From NCBI GenBank assembly GCA_030141605.1, contig JAQGDQ010000069.1, positions 662,686 through 726,685 on the forward strand: a stretch of DNA of 64,000 nt, written 5' to 3'. Within the stretch, counting starts at the first letter, position 1. Every line of letters starts with the position of its first letter. The DNA comes from Tubiluchus corallicola (taxonomy: Eukaryota; Animalia; Priapulida). The notes beneath the pieces were generated by a model. It saw only the letters and a list, made by a program, of their open reading frames with translations, did no database searches and was not told the DNA's origin. A program made the position numbers and the translations under genes. Of this stretch, positions 52,511 to 64,000 are shown piece by piece.

Positions 52511-54354
52511 ATATGCATGCGTGCATGTGTTCAATATTAATTCATTAGTTTGTTTGTGTCCATTTTGTTCTTTCGAGTCGGTTACTTAATCAGTCCGTCA
52601 AATAGTTAGCCAGGCGCGTGAGTAATTATAGTTAGTTAGCTAATGAGTTTGTGCATAACGTTGTTTTCATCTGCATAATTATGTTGATAAAGATTTTGCT
52701 AAGAAATATGTAACACCCTGGTATGCTAACAAAGTAGATATTTCTTCTGTTTGCGGAATATAAATTTGAAGTTCATATTAAATATGTAAGTTCGATATTT
52801 GAAATCTCGAATAAGATAATGTTGATGGAAATTCTGGTTATTTGCGAGAAATTTAATTTTATATCTGCCAAATTACAGCAGTTGGCAGCAGATTCGAATT
52901 TGGTACTCATCTCTTCCACCATCACAATCTGACGAAGTTGAACTATTTTAAATTGTGATGTTACAAAACCCGCAATTAATAAATTTTTTAATGTTGGAAA
53001 TTAGAATGCGGTTAGAATGAAAGTTGGCCCGTATTTTGGAATGTGAAAGTTAACGCCGTGGGAGACAGAGTTGAAAAAGATGTTCCTCAAAGTTTCAACT
53101 GACACAAAAACTTTTGCAGAGAAATTGTAATATTCCACAACTATCTAGAGCAAAAAAAATACACGTCGTTTCAGTATATCGCTGCCTGCTGTCTTTATAT
53201 ATGCTAAATGAAAAATATTTTTGAAATTAATAATTATTGTTGTTTGGTGTTTTTTTGCGTTTTACATTTTGAAAGTGGCCGCGGATACTTAGTATACGTC
53301 AGACGCCTACAAGCACTACAAGCCACAAACCGTTCCACCTCTTTATCTATAAGTAAGTCTACATAAGAGTGATGTAGTTTCAAACATAGTATCACATGTT
53401 CTTTCGAGTGTTTTTGTTTTGGTAGTCGCAGATCTAGGAACGGTTTTATAATGGCCAAACATCAGTAAATCAAGTAAAGAAAGTTTTTTGTTTCGCATAT
53501 TTCGCATTTGATGAGCTATTGAATTTCAATTATAACTTTTCGGTGCGAGAAATCCAAATTAACGAAGTATTGGTGCTTATCCATCTGTGAACGACTCAAT
53601 AGTTACTAGCTGATAGTAAATATAAATTTAAATGTATAAGTGCAAAATTTGTCTCTGTCTTGTATATTAAACATTATAAATGATTATAAATATGTGTTAT
53701 TACATGTTAGGAATACTTTAAATTATTAAACCTTACTGCTTTCGTATAATTTCTTTAACTGAAAAAGGATTTGAATTTAAATTCGTTGTTTGAAAATTCT
53801 AAAAATGCGATTAACTTAACAAGATCCACACAAAAGATTTTTTCTGAACTAAAAGACTGGCAGACATAATAGACAAAATAGTAATATATTAACTAAACAG
53901 ACATATAAAATATTACTATTATTCGGATTTTTCAATTAGATATCGGTTATTTATTCTTAGTATCTATTGTCGCGGAAACTCGATACTTCCTGTATGCACT
54001 TCTTTACATTTTTATTGTTTATTCCTAAAATGGATATAGAATTTTAATTAACTATCGATACAACATAAAGAAATTGCTGTTACTGTGTGACTTGTTTGAA
54101 TTTGGTTAATATAAGATAATGGCGTTCGCAACAAATTTTTTGTATTACATTATTAACGATTCGTTTAAACAAAGAGCACATTAATCATGTTTAAACAAAG
54201 AGCACACTGCATGTTATCCGCCTGCTTAAAACTAAATTGCCAGGCTTCACACTAACTGTAGTACTATGCAACATATTACACAAAATTGAAAAAGAAGCCA
54301 GGAGCTAAGAATTGGGATACCAGCTGAACTTGACCTAAATGCATACCTGGCAGG

Positions 54355-54361
54355 TATAAAA
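54355..54361 (+). promoter_or_regulatory. TATA box of the chitin-binding protein gene
   Basis: TATAAAA lies 80 nt upstream of ATG 54435, with Inr-like TCAGT/GCATT about 22-33 nt downstream of it. Confidence 0.65.
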
Positions 54362-54434
54362 GTGCAGGCCGAGAGTTCAGTGTTAGCATTACTACTGGTA
54401 ACTGAGCTAGTGTTCGTATTTTCATCCGTCAAGT

Positions 54435-54477
54435 ATGGATCGAGTAGTGTTCTTGCTCTTCGGCGCTGTTTTGTGCG
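54435..54477 (+). CDS. Secreted Gly/Ser/Tyr-rich chitin-binding protein, exon 1 (signal peptide)
   Basis: Encodes MDRVVFLLFGAVLC, then G|GTAAGT, a perfect phase-1 donor at 54478. Too short for the ORF track; it joins in frame to the next exon. Confidence 0.88.
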
Positions 54478-54617
54478 GTAAGTAAATAAATTCTTAGACT
54501 TGAATATTTTATGTATTTACGCGGTTTTTAGTAGCGTTTAACCTCGTTACAATAGGGTTTATTTCGGCTTTACCACTGTTTATGTCATGATTGTATTAAT
54601 TATTGATTTTTTCACAG

Positions 54618-55384
54618 GTTACATCGCACAGGCAGTATCAAGTCGCTACAATGACGATGATTACAATCCATCAGGTTATGGGAATTATAGATCTTCGGGT
54701 TACGGTTCCAGCTATGGCTCTGGCTATGGGTACAGTTATGGGGCAAACCACGGGTCCAGCAGTTCTGCTTATGCCCCATCAGACTACGGTTATGGATCTT
54801 CGAGATCTGGTTCCAGTAGCTCCGGTTATGGTACTGGTTCTGGTTCCAGCAGTTATGGGCCAACGTATGGCTCTGGTTCCAGCAGTTATGGGCCATCGAG
54901 CTATGGTTACGACTCTGGTTCCAGCAGTTATGGGCCATCGAGCTATGGTTACGACTCTGGTTCCAGTAGTTATGGGCCATCGAGCTATGGTTACGACTCT
55001 GGTTCCAGTAGTTACGGGCCATCGAGCTATGGTTACGACTCTGGTTATGGAGGAACACCAAGCTATGGTTACTGTCAACACCATGACTACTGCCCTCATG
55101 GATACGATGGACTGCTCATACCAGACCACTACGACTGCTCAAACTACTTCCAATGCGTACACTATGAACCTGTTCATCGCTACTGTGCAGCAGGAACCAT
55201 CTTTGACGAATGCCAACAAACATGCGTACACGATAACTATTACAACAGGCACAGGCTTGGATGCCCTTCATACGACAACGGTTATGGTCGACGTGGTTAC
55301 GGCTATGGCAGCAGTGGTTATGACAGTAGTGGCTATGGAGGTGGACGTGGACGTAACCGAGGCCATTATGGCTATCGTTCTTAG
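54618..55384 (+). CDS. Secreted Gly/Ser/Tyr-rich protein with chitin-binding type-2 (CBM14/peritrophin-A) domain, exon 2
   Basis: Acceptor TTTTTTCACAG. Completes the signal peptide (GYIAQA), then GSY low complexity with 4 x SGSSSYGPSSYGYD, then C-x14-C-x5-C-x9-C-x12-C-x12-C with YFQC and GTIFD (CBM14 pattern), then a Gly/Arg/Tyr tail. 269 aa in total; AATAAA at 55511 and 55540. Confidence 0.92.
54872..55039 (+). repeat. Coding minisatellite, 4 x 42 bp
   Basis: TCTGGTTCC recurs at 54872, 54914, 54956 and 54998 in near-identical units. Confidence 0.95.
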
Positions 55385-56099
55385 GTTAAGATTACTAAGC
55401 AGTTTTAACTTGTTACAGGTTTTATAACCAATTGCTTGGTTTGTTCGTACTTTATTACCAGTTGAAATTTTGTTACGTAATTTTTTAGTCAGCTAATTAG
55501 TTTATTAAGCAATAAACGATTGTGCGTTAATGGGGTTTAAATAAACAATTGCAACACCATCAGACATTTTTTCGTTTGGTTTAGATATTCGTGAATGTTT
55601 GCTTCAATATTAACCTGATGGCGCCACATCGCGCCATGAAGAGAAGCTGGTTTTGGAAACATTAGCGTGTTCACTGTGCAAATCCATTGCTGCAATCATT
55701 TAAAGGCTTCGCTATTTTTAAGATTTGGTTTAGACATGTATTTAGTTTGGTCAGTAAAAAATTTATTATATGTTGCCTGTTTTAAGCACTATGGGCAGAC
55801 TGACATTTTCTATTACCACTTAACATTTCCGTTTCATTATTTTCGTACGAGTAAACGTACGTGTTTTAGTTATGTTTTATGGTCATTATTATAAACATCT
55901 GTATTTTCAAATTATTGTACAGTTTAATGTTAATACTAAATAGTATTTAATGTGTTCTTCGTTAGGATCCGAGCATCCACCTCGAATACTAAAACTTTGA
56001 TTAATGCAATTTATTCTCTTGAAAGTGGAGAGCAATCACTGTGCACCTTTGTCTCATAAACAACCTGCAACTGGATCCGAGCATCCACCTCGAGTACTA

Positions 56100-57050
56100 A
56101 AACATAAAAGTGGAGAGCTACCGTCATTTCAAATCTATAAGACTAATAAAAGGATGAAAGAATTTTTACCTTCAAATCACCATAATTCAATAATTTATCA
56201 GTGGTGTTCAGTGGCTACTTTCCATTTCTGTAATATTTCGAGGACTGGCATTCATTTCTTATGTAAGTCATTACACATTACTAATGAGATAACTGATTTT
56301 TATTAAGGAAAAAATGGTGTTGCATCACATATCATTTACAAGCAATACTGAACAGAAAAAAGAAACTTTAGTTTTTAAATTATAAGCTTTACATATGCCA
56401 AACTGACAGTTTCCTGTTATTAAATAAAATTTGTTGAGTTTATACTATTTTTTAAAAAGTGGTAATTACATACACATTCACTGCTGACACTTACAATGAT
56501 GGAATGTTTACTATGCGGACTAGTATTTTCAAAGCTGCTCAAATGGTTTCCAGAAATTTTTTGTAAGTAGCAAAATCTGAATTTAAACACATTGATTTTA
56601 TCCTAGAGACCAGTGATTCAATTCTATATTCATAGATATAAAAGTACAGGATTGTCAAAGCTAACAGTAATACATATAAACTCATATTGTCATAATAACA
56701 CAACACAAAGACCAATTCATTTTTCACACAAATCTCCTGTTCAATTCTATGAAGTGCAAGACAGCTAAAAATATCTGAAACTTAAATATATTCATTTAAG
56801 AGTAAATCAATGTTTATCTTTAAATTATTTGGAGTTGCTGCTAGCATTACTGGTCTAATATTGCGATACTTTTTACAATGTAATAAGTAAAGACTAGCAT
56901 ATACTGAATCTGCCTTTAGTATGCTGCATTGTATGCTCAAGCTTACATTAATTACTTGGAAATGTCTCAGGCCAACAAGAAATGTTTTTGGTATTTTTAA
57001 GATATTTTTTAATATTTTTAGATTTATGAGGTTTGACAGTTCCAATTCAC
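56100..57050 (-). mobile_element. Possible decayed LINE ORF2 C-terminal remnant
   Basis: Broken minus-strand frames (KILKNILKIPKT; RIESLVSRIKSMCLN; GNCQFGICK) resemble the post-RT region of LINEs. Weak evidence. Confidence 0.25.
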
Positions 57051-57292
57051 AATAACGACATCATATCAAACTTAAAATTGTATACAATATTGAACAAACC
57101 CCCGCTTTACAGGCTCTTTCAAGCTATTAGTATTTCGGTGAAAAAGTTTTCACTATAATTTAGTTTTACACTACCATTATAGCCCAGTCTTCGAAGCTGA
57201 TGCTGTCCGGTATATAGGAAAAACAAAAAAGATGCAAATCGGAAAAATAAGCGTGCAGCTGAAAAAGCTGTAGTAATTTAAAGAAGCAACAG

Positions 57293-57666
57293 TTACATTT
57301 CATATTCGCAAATGAAATAACACTGTCGAGCGGCATACATGTCATTATAAACACTGGTTTGACTAATTTGTAAATAATGTTCATTGCCTCCCATGTTGTT
57401 TGGTTCAGTGAATCCCCAGTGACCAGGCTCCACAGGTTCACCGGTGGCCAACCAAATCCAAGTTCCCTCTTCACTCTCATCCGAGCCACTGGTCCAAGCG
57501 GGGGCAAGTGTCTTCTGGCTTGCAAATTCTAGTTCAGCGTCTGACTCCAAACTGACCAGATCAGAGTCCTTGTCCATGCACGCTTGACGGGCAGCAGTCC
57601 AACTTTTCTTATCACTGCTGAAGAAGTAGCAATGTCCTTCGAATTTTTCAAAGCCAATTGTGCATT
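57293..57666 (-). CDS. PAN/Apple plus C-type lectin protein, coding exon 2 (long-form CTLD, EPN motif)
   Basis: Branch point and acceptor CTAATTTTACTTGCAG, phase 1. Encodes ECTIGFEKFEGHCYFFSSDKKSWTAARQAC...LVSLESDAELEF...WTSG...EGTWIW...WGFTEPNN...YND...FICE. In frame with the upstream exon (220 aa). Confidence 0.9.
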
Positions 57667-57732
57667 CTGCAAGTAAAATTAGACCTCGTTCACATGGGTC
57701 CTGACCAAGACTGGTGTCAGTCTGTGCTAACG

Positions 57733-57833
<101 letters not shown>

Positions 57834-59245
57834 TCTCTTTAAATACTGAGCATACGTTTCTCTAATTGGCTCAGATAATCTACAATGTATAATAGTCGAC
57901 TCGTCTTGAATTAAGACGTTATTACACACCTGCATACCACCCCATTCCACGAGGAATCGGTGGTCTAGCCCATCTACCAGTCTCAATCCTCAGGTGATGA
58001 GACAACAGCATAAACCTACCAAAACTGACTCGTAGACGAATAAACATGTTGTACTAACGCAAGGTTGAGAGCTATAGAGCAAGAATACGGACTTTTGTTG
58101 ACACTTTTAGCATGAATATTAGCTAAATTAGACATTGATCAGCTTCCGGTGAATCTCGATCTGTCTTATCATGGTTTGTTTTCAATTAATACAAGTCCTC
58201 TTCTTAGCGACGAAAAATACAGATATGTATTAGGTATGTACTAGATAAGGTTAGAGTCAAAGGAAGCAGATTTTACTGAAGACATGATTCCTAGGCTTGC
58301 ACCTGAAGAATGGCAAAATACCAAAGCTATTCATCCCTTACAGACATCTTTTAGGTTGTAAGTTGCACCAAACTGTTTTTGTTAAACTTACAAAAAGGCA
58401 TGTTTTCAAAACTATTGTGTCAGTGAAAATAGGAATGATATCTTCATTTTGTAGTACTAACAACAACAAATTCGAAATAATAAGTCAATGATCACATATC
58501 ATTTAGTGCTGTTTTGTCTTTATGCATTCTAGCTCGATTTTTGTGCCAGAATTGATTTTTGTGGCTAGTTAAGTCAATTTGGGGGACACTGAATTCAGAA
58601 ATGATAGGTGCCCTTTTTTCGTGCACATTTTCGGCTGCCATTTTGAATTTCAAGATGGCCACTACTAACATTTAGAAACTGAGCTTGTTGCTGAGACATA
58701 GGACTTTTCGCTAAGTTCAATTTTGTGTATACACAACTGAGTAGTGAGTAAGTCATCTTACTCATCAGTAGATTATAAACCTGAAGCCTTGACGTGCTAT
58801 GACGTGGGTCACAAAACGTCTATTTGGAAATTTTGCCAAGCTGTTGCAGGCCTGAACCTTTATGACAGATTGTTAATTGTTGGAATTAAGGTCTCGTTGA
58901 TCAGTCAGCAATTTTGTATAGCTTTAAACTTATTTACTTACGCGATGCATGCGAAAATCGCTTCCTTTTAATATCACCATGACAGCAAATATTATTGCCG
59001 CCATTTAGAGATTTTTCATGAAGCATTAGAAGATATTTAGCTAAATCAACTTTGACAATTATTACAAAGTAGTAACTGTAGAAGTTAAACTTAGCTTAGC
59101 AATTTATAATTTCCATTTAACTTCTTATCATCATAACAGAAGTGTCCAAACATTATTGCCGCCATCTAGGGATGCTTTGATAAAGCATTAGAGGCTAAAG
59201 CAGCTTTGACAATTATTATAAAATTTGTCACATCTCAGTCTTTAC

Positions 59246-59534
59246 CTTTTGAATAGTAATCGTATCCGCTGGCTGTAATGGCTGTGCTATCATCAGTGCA
59301 GTTGCTTAATTCGCATTGCACACTTCCGGCATTCCTGTCTATGTTAAACCCCAAGCATCCATGCTGTGCCTCGCACAACATTCCGCACTCAGTTTTGCTA
59401 AAAACTTGAAATGAGCCAAGTGGACAATCTCGCAGTACTGTGTCTGTGTACTGCTTTCTGTAGAAAGCGCATTCGACGACACAGAAAGCAAGCCACATGC
59501 AGATCAGACTTATTTTGAAAAATTTTAAAATCAT
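59246..59534 (-). CDS. PAN/Apple plus C-type lectin protein, coding exon 1 (signal peptide and PAN domain)
   Basis: Signal-like MILKFFKISLICMWLAFCVVECA, then SKTECGMLCEAQHGCLGFN...QCELS (C-x3-C-x5-C-x2-F...C, PAN/Apple pattern). Ends YYSK G|GTAAAG (phase 1). TATAAAT at 59581-59575; alternative ATG at 59555. Confidence 0.82.
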
Positions 59535-60770
59535 ACTGATACGAATAGTTATCATTTTATAATAAACGAGCAGAATTTATAACCCATGTACGTGGAAATG
59601 CACCTTCCGTGCATGTTAGAATAGCGTAAATGACCATGAACTTTGCAATGAAGCCAGTGGCAAGAAACGTACACCTGCCCACTGGGCAATACGAAAGGTA
59701 TACATCCAAGAATAATAACCATTGATTTCTTTTGTTTCGTGGGAAGTAGCAGATTCGTTGGAAGTTATTCACGTGACAACGCTTCGGACAATAGTTATTA
59801 TTATTATTGACTGTGCATATATGTGAGTATATGCATACAAGTGTGTATGTACGTGTGTGTATGTAAATGTGTATATACGGTATTCTAAAAAATCATAGGC
59901 AGTAATAGTACTGAGTTTGTTAATTTATGTCCACATTCATGTATGTGCGTATATGCGTGAGTATGTATTTTTGTGTATACATGTGTGCGCGTGTGTGCGT
60001 GCAGCTATATATGTAAACGCATGAATACATAGGAATTCACTACTCATCTAAATTACATAATTATCATATTGTACATATTGAAGTGTACATATATTGGGAT
60101 ACGGTAATCTTTTCAATGCTTAGGTTCTCTTAAGGTCTTGATCTGGCCATGAAAGTATTTCCAATATTTCTAATAATAATAAGGTGTTTCTAATATTACC
60201 TTTACTTCACTGCCTAAATAAATATATACTTAAACCTCTAAAAGTGCTAGGAGCAAGGAGACCAAGTTCTGCTGAGAATTACGTGTGATGAATTAGATAG
60301 TGTCTGTTAAACACGCAGTCGAAAAATTCAACTATTTTCTTCACAAATAAATAAAATTTGCTACAGAGAAGTGTCAAAAGAAAAAATATGCAAAATCATA
60401 TTGTGCTACCATTACTACTAAAATGTTGATGACTAATGTGCGTCTTCAAGCTATATCAGAATGCCAGAGTAGTGGTTAGAGGATAAGACCTCTTGTGCTG
60501 CTTACAGACTGCAGTTTATCGGCTTGTGATGTTGTGAATCGATCATAACATAATTTCATAAAAACTTGATAACAACGTGACAACATATGATTTACAGGAG
60601 TTTGTAACGACTAAACCTATTTTTTCTGATGCTAAGATAAAAATACACTTTTTAGTTTCGTGCTGCTTACACGATGGATGGAAACTCACAGAAAATGTTA
60701 AAGAACAACAACAGTACCAAATCAAAGATAAAATTACGACATGTCCTTACTATATGTTTGGCTGCAATAG

Positions 60771-61307
60771 GTATCAATTACATATTCTGGTCACAAAATT
60801 TATGAGAGTATAAAAAGCTGACCTGTCATTGACATAAACTTTACACTATAGTTTTTGTACATTTTATTGCTAGATATCAATTACATATTTTATTTATTTA
60901 TTTATCATTTATTCGTATGTATTTTGCCCACACAATACAATCATGTTAGTGAATTAGTACAATAAAAGAACTCAACATTAACCTTATTATAACGCACTCG
61001 TCTGCATGGATAAAACCGTTTCAGAGGAACAGACGCAACTAAAATTTAAAAAATGAAAAGTCTACATAACTGCACAAGCAAAAACTGAGGGACTAACTTA
61101 TGACTAATATTGTAGTAACAAAATTTTTCAGTTTACAAGAAGCTGTCCACTCACTGACATTAACTTTTCATTGTAATTTTTGAAGTGTACATGTTATTGC
61201 TGGGTATCAATTACATGTTGCAGTCACAAAATTTATTAGTGTACAAAAAGCTGTCCACTCATTGATATAAGCTTTCCGTTATAATTTATGAAGTGCATAT
61301 GTTATTG
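60771..61307. repeat. Diverged tandem repeat of about 103-108 bp, interrupted by an insertion
   Basis: TATCAATTACAT at 60772, 60875 and 61205; AAGCTGTCCACTCA at 61140 and 61248. Confidence 0.8.
60890..61106 (-). mobile_element. Short retroposon-like insertion inside a tandem repeat
   Basis: ATATT on both flanks (60885-60889, 61107-61111), a (TTTA)n tail at the left end, and it splits a repeat unit. Confidence 0.55.
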
Positions 61308-62356
61308 TTTTTATGAAATATTTTGTTGTAATGTTGTCATTTTATTTTGTCACTGTCATCTAATATTTTAATGCTTTTATTGTTAAGCGCATTTGCAATA
61401 ATTAATCATTGAAAGCCTATATTATAAGTAGTATATGATTAAAAGTTTTTACAAACTGTGCAGTTACGGCAAGTGCTTTCACCAATCGTGTATTTTACTA
61501 TTAAACAAAGCTAAACTGGTTATTCTAAATACTGGTGCCAATAAATTTGGAGAAAAGAACAAAAATCATACAAATGCGTGGAAAAGAGCGTTTACGTTTG
61601 ACTAAAAAACCATATTTTAATAACAATTTTATAATAATTTTAGTTTTAAATGCAAATATCGGTTAGATACTGAATTGAATATCCGCCTTTCGCAGTTCTG
61701 GGATCTATGATTAATTGACACTGGTTGGAAGAGTGTCTCTGAGGCTGGTCAGAGGGTGTCTCTGACACTGGTCGGAGGAGTGTCTCAGTGAAACTGAAGT
61801 CGTGAGTTATTTGCAAGAACTTTCTTGGTGTTTTTGACTTCTGAGTATAAAAAGTGAAAAATTATTAACATTAAATGAAGCGTAATATAATAATTAGAAT
61901 ATTGAAAAAAATCGTTTATATGTACTTACGATGATTTTTCCAGCTACTTTGTCATTTCTTGGCCTGCCGCCCGCAGCTCTTAAAATCGTTTCCACTATTG
62001 CCCCACCGCCATGCGGGGTTGAATATTTAAATTTATTCACCGCCTAAGCTATTTAAAAATAAAGAAATGTAACATTTATGTAACTCGATAAAGGAAATAG
62101 CGGCTTCCCGAAATATCGTTATTATTAATACATCTTGTTGTTATTATATCTTGTGTAATATATTAATAAACTGCTAGGACATTCAGTTTTATAACAACTG
62201 ATTACTGAATGTTTTAATTACAGACCGACTTCACGGTTGAAACTCTCACAGGAATGAACGATCAGTCACATTTGTCAAGAAGTGACGTCATTCACTTGAC
62301 AAATTTGAGCCGCAAGCGGACATGTGTGAATAAACAGAGAAAATGTTCTGAAAAAT

Positions 62357-63053
62357 AGTAAACATTTTAAACTGGTTTTACTTTATGAGCTGAAATTTTG
62401 TTCGTGACTAAAAGCGTCTAAAGCGCAAACTCGACTCTCTTGCATATTAATTACTAATGGCTGACAAGATTATTGATGTCTTTACAGTTGAACCAGCGAA
62501 CTTGTTTCAGTCACTATCCGTACTCTAATATTAGCATTATTCTATTCTATTCTATTCTATTCTATTCTATTCTATTCTATTCTATTCTATTCTATTCTAT
62601 TCTATTCTATTCTATTCTATTCTATTCTATTCTATTCTGTTCTATTCTATTCTATTCTATTTACTCTATTCTTTTCTCATTCCATTCCTTCTCATTCCAT
62701 TCCATCTTTATTCAAAACGTTTGTTATCAACCCTGTAATCGCCTGAGAAATTATACTAAGATACTTTTCAGTTTTTTTCACCACAGATAATCACATCAAC
62801 GAATAATATATCATATTGACGTGATATGTATAATACACACAATATGTCTTAAAAGTATTCATCCAGCAAAACCAGTAAACATTTTAAACTGGTTTTACTT
62901 TATGAGCTGAAATTTTGTTCGTGACTAAAAGCGTCTAAAGCGCAAACTCGACTCTCTTGCATATTAATTACTAATGGCTGACAAGATTATTGATGTCTTT
63001 ATAGTTGGACCGGCGAACTTGTTTCAAACACTAGCCGTACTCTAATATGAGCA

Positions 63054-63060
<7 letters not shown>
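62357..63060. repeat. Direct duplication of about 180 bp (period 517), each copy followed by (ATTCT)n
   Basis: AGTAAACATTTTAAACTGG...GTACTCTAATAT at 62357 and 62874; about the first 125 bp are identical. Confidence 0.95.

Positions 63061-64000
<940 letters not shown>

Noticed and set aside
54603-55427. Long overlapping ORFs in other frames and on the minus strand over the GSY gene
   Set aside because: They are by-products of the 42-bp repeat and biased codons. Only the GSY frame splices to a signal-peptide exon and has a domain.

Overview
AT-rich, microsatellite-dense genomic DNA from a bilaterian invertebrate; the taxon cannot be fixed from the sequence. The main feature is a complete five-coding-exon GATA1/2/3-class transcription factor gene on the + strand (7379-37268, 483 aa), with canonical GT-AG introns of matching phase. 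Downstream is a convergent pair of two-exon genes for secreted carbohydrate-binding proteins. One is a Gly/Ser/Tyr-rich repeat protein with a His-rich, 8-Cys chitin-binding type-2 (CBM14/peritrophin-A) domain (+, 54435-55384). The other is a PAN/Apple plus EPN C-type lectin that has lost the canonical inner disulfide (-, 59534-57293). The non-coding DNA holds a TTAA-flanked Kolobok-type MITE (2 copies), a 5S-rRNA-related SINE-like family (2 copies), a foldback element with a tRNA-like core, a probable solo LTR, LINE remnants, a 31-bp minisatellite with higher-order structure, GATA-motif clusters around the GATA gene and a few compact hairpins. There are no prokaryotic features and no CRISPR. 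Everything was read by eye; no searches were run.
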